NCBI GenBank assembly: GCA_945861645.1
Contig: CAMAVZ010000005.1
Coordinates: forward strand, 15,200 to 79,199
Reading direction: 5' to 3'
Origin: Opitutus sp. GAS368
GTDB lineage: Bacteria; Verrucomicrobiota; Verrucomicrobiia; Opitutales; Opitutaceae
DNA length: 64,000 nt
Made by a program: the position numbers and the translations under genes. Shown here piece by piece: positions 58,768 through 64,000 of this stretch. Numbering within the stretch: the stretch's first letter is position 1; every line of letters begins with the position of its first letter. The notes under the pieces are model-generated. The model saw only the letters and a list, made by a program, of their open reading frames with translations, was not told where the DNA came from and did not search any database.

Positions 58768-59229
58768 TTAACTGGTGGGCTTAGCCTGAAAGTCCCGCGT
58801 GGGCAGTCCGACATCAATCCAATCTTGTGGCTTACCAGCAGAGATAGACTCGAGGCCGATGGCTTTGATCATCCCGATGATTTTATCGCAGAGGCCACTA
58901 TCATCGCATTGAATTATGACCAGCTTCCCTTCCGCTGCACCGAGAGTAGGCTTCCAGCCGCCAATGAGCCCAGCCTCAAAATCATGGGACGATAATAGAA
59001 TAGCGGGAGCCGCTACCTTCGTTTTGGTCCAGGCAGAAGGCGCGCGCACATCTATCAGAATAGCTTTATGAGCGGCAATAAGGTCGGCCGTTTTTTGCGG
59101 GGAGATTTGCTCAGCCGCTACAGCCGCTACAGCCGCTACAGCCGCTACAGCCGCTACAGCCGCTACAGCCGCTACAGCCGCTACATAAACAAACCGACGA
59201 GGAGAGGAAAAACACACAGAGTAAATCAC
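58768..59229 (-). CDS. Rhodanese-like domain protein with VAA tandem repeat in its leader
   Basis: QISPQ, AILIDVR, IIQC, W...GLPT rhodanese pattern; start uncertain. Confidence 0.65.
   Translation of the reverse strand: MIYSVCFSSPRRFVYVAAVAAVAAVAAVAAVAAVAAVAAEQISPQKTADLIAAHKAILIDVRAPSAWTKTKVAAPAILLSSHDFEAGLIGGWKPTLGAAEGKLVIIQCDDSGLCDKIIGMIKAIGLESISAGKPQDWIDVGLPTRDFQAKPTS
59112..59185. repeat. 9-bp tandem repeat (CAGCCGCTA) x8
   Basis: Eight perfect units plus 2 bp; encodes (VAA)8 on the minus strand. Confidence 0.97.
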
Positions 59230-59485
59230 ATTTTACCATTACAGAGCACTGAATGCGATCAAGATCAAGCAAGCAAAAACGCAGCGAAATAATCACTAGA
59301 GCAAATGAATTGCGTTAGTTAATCCGCGAACCCCCGCTCTCGTTGTGATGGTCAGAGCCATGAACGCTCTATCATTCAATTAACGGCGGAGCGTTTTCGG
59401 CAGAATCCTACACCCAATCTATTTGCGTCAGGTACTCGGCTGCGCCGCGCGGAATGCTAAGATTCCCCCGATCTGTCAGGGGCTC

Positions 59486-59512
59486 AGTTTGTAATACAAT
59501 ATATTACAAACT
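59486..59512. repeat. AT-core palindrome copy 2
   Basis: AGTTTGTAAT-ACAATAT-ATTACAAACT. Confidence 0.8.
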
Positions 59513-59557
59513 CGCCGCCGGGGCCGTTTCCCAAAGTGCGGACGTGGGATAAATGCC

Positions 59558-61342
59558 TTAACGGTTATTTTTCTTTTTTGGCGTCACATTCTTCAGCCCG
59601 TCAGCCGATGGGGCGGCGGGGAGGTCGGGTTCGGGTAGGCGATTAATTACGAGCTGCTGGCCAATGGTGAAGAGGCCGTTGATCGTGGAATAAAGGGCGA
59701 GACCTGACGCGAAATTATAGCAGAATAAGGTGAATATCCAGGGCATGATTTTCATCATGGTGGCTTGGGCTTTATCGGTCGTGGGCATCGGGGTGAGGCG
59801 CATTTGGATGATCATCGTCGCCCCCATGAATAACGGCATGATATTGATCGGAAGGCCGAAGATATGACCGATCGTATCCGGCGCAGATAAATCGGTGGCC
59901 CAGAGAAAAGACGCGAAGCGCAATTCCGAGGCGCTCTGCAGCATGGTAAAAAAGCCGATAAAAAATGGGATTGTGATGAGAATCGGAATACAGCCGCCCA
60001 GGGGATTAACTTTATTTTCCTTAAACAGCTTGAGGGTTTCCGTCTGAATTTTCTGCGGATTATCTTTATACTTTTCCCGCATGGCCTGCATGAGCGGATT
60101 CAGTTTTGCCATCCGCTTCGAGGACTTCGAGGCGGCGAGGGTGAAGGGGAGGAAAAAAGTTTTGAGTAGCAGCGTGGTGATAACGATGGCCCAACCCCAA
60201 TTTGGTACGAGGGAGTGGACCCAAGTCATAATCGTTAAGAGCAGGGGAGCAAAAAAGCCGGAGAAGAAAATTTTCCCGAAGCCGGACGAGAACTGCATGA
60301 TTTTCTCTTCGCCCTGTTTAAATATATCGGCATTCGAGATGCGCTTATATTCATTGGGGCCGGCAAATAATACCGCGCCAAAAGTGGACGATGCGCCCGC
60401 GGCGAGCGGCTTAAGTTCGAAGCGCGCATAGCCGGTGATGCCATAAGCCTCAACCGCGGTGTCAGGGGCGGTCGGCACAAGCTTGGTGCGTTCGATGCGG
60501 ATGCCGGTGCCCGGTTGATCAGGGGTGAGAATCAGGGCGAAGAACTGATTCTTCACCGCCGCCCAGTGGATCGCCGCGGTGCGCTCGAGGTAAGGTGGCG
60601 GGGTCCCGTCCTTTAGGCCAACCATCGCCAAGAAACCACCGCCTTGCAGATCGCTTTGGCCAATAAAACTGGCATCGCTGCCATCAGAGTAACCGACATT
60701 AAGATAGATCCCGAGATCGTGTTCGTTAAGTGGGGCGGCGGTTCCGAGATTAAAAGAGGCGCGCGGGAGAAGGAGGACTTTGCGGGTTAAGTTGCGGAAG
60801 GTCGTCTCATGGCGGATTTGATAATCATCTTGGCCCACCGCTTTCGCCAAAGAGTAGCGTCGAGTGACTTCTAGTCCGTCGGCGACGGTGCGGTAGACGA
60901 GCTCGTCGGCGGTTTGCGCCACCACGGTGTAAGCGGTGAAACGGTCAACGCCGGGGAAGTCGGTGAGGCTTAAAGCGGGTGCCGCTGGGGGCGTATTAAG
61001 GGTGTAAAGGGCGGCCTGGCCTTTGGTTTCAGGGTATTTTTTCAGACCAACCTGATGGATCGCTCCGCCCTGATTGGTGAATTGCACCGTGATGAAATCA
61101 TTGGAGAGGGTGGCGTACTCGGCCGGGCCGGTTTTGGCGGCTGACAACGCGGCGTCATTTGGCGAAGTGATCGGCTGAGATTTTTCACTCGCCGCCATTG
61201 GCAAGCCGGTGGGCTGGATGGAGGTTCCCGCGGGGGGATTACCGGCAGGGGCCACCGGCGGAGCCAGGCGGGCGCTGAAGTAGAAGCTCACCATTGCGGC
61301 GATGAGGAGCAGCACACCGATCACTGTATTCTTTTTATCCAT
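59558..61342 (-). CDS. yidC: Membrane protein insertase YidC
   Basis: N-terminal TM, periplasmic domain, NWGWAIV, VNPLGGCIP, FLWATDLSAPD, ASGLALY. Confidence 0.96.
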   Translation of the reverse strand: MDKKNTVIGVLLLIAAMVSFYFSARLAPPVAPAGNPPAGTSIQPTGLPMAASEKSQPITSPNDAALSAAKTGPAEYATLSNDFITVQFTNQGGAIHQVGLKKYPETKGQAALYTLNTPPAAPALSLTDFPGVDRFTAYTVVAQTADELVYRTVADGLEVTRRYSLAKAVGQDDYQIRHETTFRNLTRKVLLLPRASFNLGTAAPLNEHDLGIYLNVGYSDGSDASFIGQSDLQGGGFLAMVGLKDGTPPPYLERTAAIHWAAVKNQFFALILTPDQPGTGIRIERTKLVPTAPDTAVEAYGITGYARFELKPLAAGASSTFGAVLFAGPNEYKRISNADIFKQGEEKIMQFSSGFGKIFFSGFFAPLLLTIMTWVHSLVPNWGWAIVITTLLLKTFFLPFTLAASKSSKRMAKLNPLMQAMREKYKDNPQKIQTETLKLFKENKVNPLGGCIPILITIPFFIGFFTMLQSASELRFASFLWATDLSAPDTIGHIFGLPINIMPLFMGATMIIQMRLTPMPTTDKAQATMMKIMPWIFTLFCYNFASGLALYSTINGLFTIGQQLVINRLPEPDLPAAPSADGLKNVTPKKKNNR

Positions 61343-61356
61343 GGGAAAAACGAAGC

Positions 61357-61701
61357 TTAACGATGAGGGATAAGAGGAGCGCCGCAAGACCGAGCGCTGA
61401 TGCGCGCGGTACGAACGCAGGAAAATTTAACAGCCGGGACGAGATCTTCGCCCCCGGGATGCCAGGGTCCGCACTTGACGAGCCGCCGCGCGGCAAGAAA
61501 GAGACCAAAAAATAAACCGTGGGTTTGGAAGGCGTCGCGGGCATAGTGCGAACAAGTGGGGCTGAAGCGGCAGCCCATCCCAGGGTTGAGGGCAGCTAAA
61601 GCGGGTGACACGGAATGCTGGTAAAGCCCAACGAGGCCACAGGCCATTTTGGCCGGGAGCGCAAGGAGGCGTGGAATAAAGCGAGCGCGGGAATCAGGCA
61701 T
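61357..61701 (-). CDS. yidD: Membrane protein insertion efficiency factor YidD
   Basis: YQ..VSP, CRFSPTCSHY, KCGPWHPGGED. Confidence 0.92.
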   Translation of the reverse strand: MPDSRARFIPRLLALPAKMACGLVGLYQHSVSPALAALNPGMGCRFSPTCSHYARDAFQTHGLFFGLFLAARRLVKCGPWHPGGEDLVPAVKFSCVRTARISARSCGAPLIPHR

Positions 61702-62065
61702 GGGGCGCGGGCTTGTTAGGCTTAAACTTTAGGCAAGCTTGGGTAAAACGTTGTTCTACATCAGTAAACTCGAGTCGGAGAAGGGCGGGGCGCGCGGTCA
61801 GGACAAGATCGATGCCGGCGGGTACAAGAGATTGATGGCGGCGGTAGATTTCGCGCAGCCGGCGTTTGGCTCGGTTACGATGAACCGCATTACCAACCGA
61901 GGCGCGGGATGCGACCACGCCAACGCGGGCGGGAGTGAGCGCAGTTTCAGCAGGACGCGTCCGCCAAGTCAGGAGGAAAGCTCCGCAATCGGTGCGGCGG
62001 CCCTGCTCACGGACGGTGCGGAAATCGTCGTTGCGCCGCAGGCGTTGCCCGGCGCGCAGGTTCAT
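61694..62065 (-). CDS. rnpA: Ribonuclease P protein component
   Basis: RLRRNDDF, RVGVVAS, GNAVHRNRAKRRLRE; start ATG 62065. Confidence 0.94.
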   Translation of the reverse strand: MNLRAGQRLRRNDDFRTVREQGRRTDCGAFLLTWRTRPAETALTPARVGVVASRASVGNAVHRNRAKRRLREIYRRHQSLVPAGIDLVLTARPALLRLEFTDVEQRFTQACLKFKPNKPAPHA

Positions 62066-62066
62066 T

Positions 62067-62204
62067 TTAGACGACCGTGAGGCGTTTGCGGCCCTTGCGG
62101 CGACGGGCAGCGAGAACTTTACGGCCACCGCGGGTGGCCTTGCGGGCGCGGAAACCGATCTTACGGGCGCGTTTCTTGCGATGTGGGCGAAATGTAGGTT
62201 CCAT
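62067..62204 (-). CDS. rpmH: 50S ribosomal protein L34 (missed by ORF track, 45 aa)
   Basis: Manual translation [45 protein letters not shown]; canonical position upstream of rnpA. Confidence 0.97.
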   Translation of the reverse strand: MEPTFRPHRKKRARKIGFRARKATRGGRKVLAARRRKGRKRLTVV

Positions 62205-62399
62205 GGTGTTATAAGAAAAAGAGGTCCAAAGTCATTGATGGGGGCGGGGGGTGTCAAGCGAGAGGTTTCCGGTAAAAAAGGCCGGCGGCAAGCCTGGGAC
62301 GGTTACTTTCTCGCTTTGGGTTTCGCCTGTGAACAACCTGCGCGCAAATAGTTTTTGCGTTCGGGGGCGGAAACGTGACCTTGGGCGCATGGCCGAGGC

Positions 62400-63332
62400 A
62401 TGCAACCATCCGACCCCTTCTCCGGCAGATCAACCTGCCTCACCGGCTCCCGCCTCCCCGGCGCGGAAGGGTGGTCCGTTGTTCTGGACAGTCACCGGCA
62501 ACGACTTCGGGCGCTCGATCAGCTGGGCCAAGCAGCAGCCCAATGCGGTATCCGAGCAGATAAAGACCGCGCTCTCGTCCTCGTCCCCGAAGACGAAGTA
62601 AGTCTTTTAGAGGCGACGGGGGGTGAATGGGCCGCCTTAGGTGACGCTATTCGGGCGTTTCGGCAGCATTTGCCAATTATACCGTTTGAGGTGTTTGGCT
62701 TTAGTTCAGAAGTGGAGGATCCCTTTGAGGTTGATAGCCCAAAACTGCGGCGAATTGGCGGCGGGGTGGAAGCTTTAGCTTTTGTCGATGACCAGCATTC
62801 GGTTTATAAATTCTTTCTGTTTCGCGAAGGCGGCGACGTCGGGGCGACTTTTGCTTTTCAACGCGGCGAAAGCGATTTGCTCAATGCGATCGCCGTACCT
62901 GGCAGCTATCGAATGCTTTTAGCCAAACTTGAGCTCACCCATCAATTTGGGATGCCCACTGAAATAATCGGCATCACCCCGGAAGGCATTATCGTGGCGA
63001 AGCAGACTTTCGGGCGAATGCTGCCCGAAAAAACTGACGTCTCTGGCCTCGACCCCGCCAACCTGATTCCGATTCCCTCGCGGTTTCTGCGGGCTGATCG
63101 TGATCATCCGCGACTCGCTTTTTTAGCTGGGGTACCCTGGTTGGTCGCCGACACGCATGATCGTAATGTCGTGGTCGATGAAAATGGCACCTGGCGGGTG
63201 ATCGATTTAGTCGCGGCACCATTGCCGCCCGAGTGGATTGCTGAGTTAGCGCTCTTTCGTGATTGGATTGAGCGCGCGCGGCATGACCCTCGCGCCGAGG
63301 TGTTGGCGGCAGTTAACGACGACGAATTATAG
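62400..63332 (+). CDS. Protein-kinase-like protein (resembles polyvalent-protein kinase domain)
   Basis: IGGGVEALAF Gly loop, VYK, KQ, DTHDRNV catalytic loop, VID. Confidence 0.6.
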   Translation: MQPSDPFSGRSTCLTGSRLPGAEGWSVVLDSHRQRLRALDQLGQAAAQCGIRADKDRALVLVPEDEVSLLEATGGEWAALGDAIRAFRQHLPIIPFEVFGFSSEVEDPFEVDSPKLRRIGGGVEALAFVDDQHSVYKFFLFREGGDVGATFAFQRGESDLLNAIAVPGSYRMLLAKLELTHQFGMPTEIIGITPEGIIVAKQTFGRMLPEKTDVSGLDPANLIPIPSRFLRADRDHPRLAFLAGVPWLVADTHDRNVVVDENGTWRVIDLVAAPLPPEWIAELALFRDWIERARHDPRAEVLAAVNDDEL

Positions 63333-63372
63333 CACCAAGCAGCGTGCCAGCCGCCGGCGGGCGGCCGCCATT

Positions 63373-63879
63373 TTAATTTTTATCGCTGGCCAGAAAAGCG
63401 AGCACGTTGGCGGCCTGCCGGCTGGTGACCCCATTATCCTTGTAGACCACTTTGCCGCCTTTGATCACATAACACTCGCGTGAGGCCATCATCATCACGG
63501 ATTGACCAAAGGCTTTGACGACGAGTTTGTCGGTGTCAGCCAAGAGCGGAAAGGGAAAGTGGTTCGCCGCTTTAAACTCTTTTTGTTTTTCGATGGAGTC
63601 GGTGCTCACGCCGATCACGGCCGCGCCGAATTGCGTGAGTTCCGCGCTCGCATCGCGCAACGAGCAACCCTGCGCGGTGCAGCCCCCCGTGAGGGCGCGC
63701 GGATAAAACCAGACCACGGTGTAGCGATTGGCCTGATAGACTTCGCCCAGGTTGAGCGTTGTGCCAGTATCAGTGAGGGCTGAGACCACGGGGGCTTGGT
63801 CGCCAACTTTGAGTGGTTCGGCCGAGGCTTGGGAGAAAAGGATCATCGAGGAGAAAAGAAGGGCAGTGGTTAATTTCAT
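63373..63879 (-). CDS. Peroxiredoxin (BCP/PrxQ type) with signal peptide
   Basis: VGDQAP, FYPRALTGGCTAQGC, GVSTD, FPLLAD. Confidence 0.88.
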   Translation of the reverse strand: MKLTTALLFSSMILFSQASAEPLKVGDQAPVVSALTDTGTTLNLGEVYQANRYTVVWFYPRALTGGCTAQGCSLRDASAELTQFGAAVIGVSTDSIEKQKEFKAANHFPFPLLADTDKLVVKAFGQSVMMMASRECYVIKGGKVVYKDNGVTSRQAANVLAFLASDKN

Positions 63880-63943
63880 GAGCTGGTAGCCTACTCAGGT
63901 TGCGTTGGTTGGCAAGTGGACGCAGCTCACCGCGGTGGGTGGC

Positions 63944-64000
63944 TCAAATATAATACATTTCCGTCGGGTTCTTCGTGGCGAGCTGGTTGAGCGTGTAGCT
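63944..64000 (-). CDS. Probable 3' end of an unidentified gene (partial)
   Basis: Open frame SYTLNQLATKNPTEMYYI* running in from the window edge. Confidence 0.4.
   Translation of the reverse strand, partial: SYTLNQLATKNPTEMYYI

Noticed and set aside
59112-59185. CRISPR array or Cys-rich peptide (SGC repeats / SRY repeats in other frames)
   Set aside because: Head-to-tail 9-mer with no spacers and no cas genes; the alternative-frame ORFs are by-products of the repeat.
62066-62257. N-terminal extension of rnpA in the ORF track
   Set aside because: It overlaps the real rpmH gene in another frame; rnpA starts at 62065.

Overview
Chromosomal core region of a bacterium that looks like Verrucomicrobiota (Opitutaceae-like; inferred from gene content, not from a database search). 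No tRNA, rRNA, CRISPR array, transposase or integrase was recognised. The window appears to span the replication origin. Strand composition flips from C-rich to G-rich near 35.9 kb. Directly upstream of dnaN is a tandem DnaA-box-like / G-C run / DnaA-trio-like element with non-canonical boxes, and a second cluster of similar boxes lies 1.4 kb away, beyond pssA and an orphan RelE-like gene. dnaA is absent from both of its usual positions. Other content: queC-queE-exoD, rnd-oleC-oleD, a very long pyruvate:ferredoxin oxidoreductase, many RNA-modification genes (TrmH, RlmD, RlmN, MiaB), prmB, a SWIM-SNF2 helicase, glyQS, a complete E. coli-order his operon with an unannotated 5xHis leader peptide and attenuator, and rpmH-rnpA-yidD-yidC. 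The best candidate for an undescribed system is a tRNA-guanine transglycosylase fused to an MnmC-type aminomethyl N-methyltransferase domain, which could make an N-methyl-preQ1 wobble base. All calls come from motif recognition by eye; several start codons are estimates.
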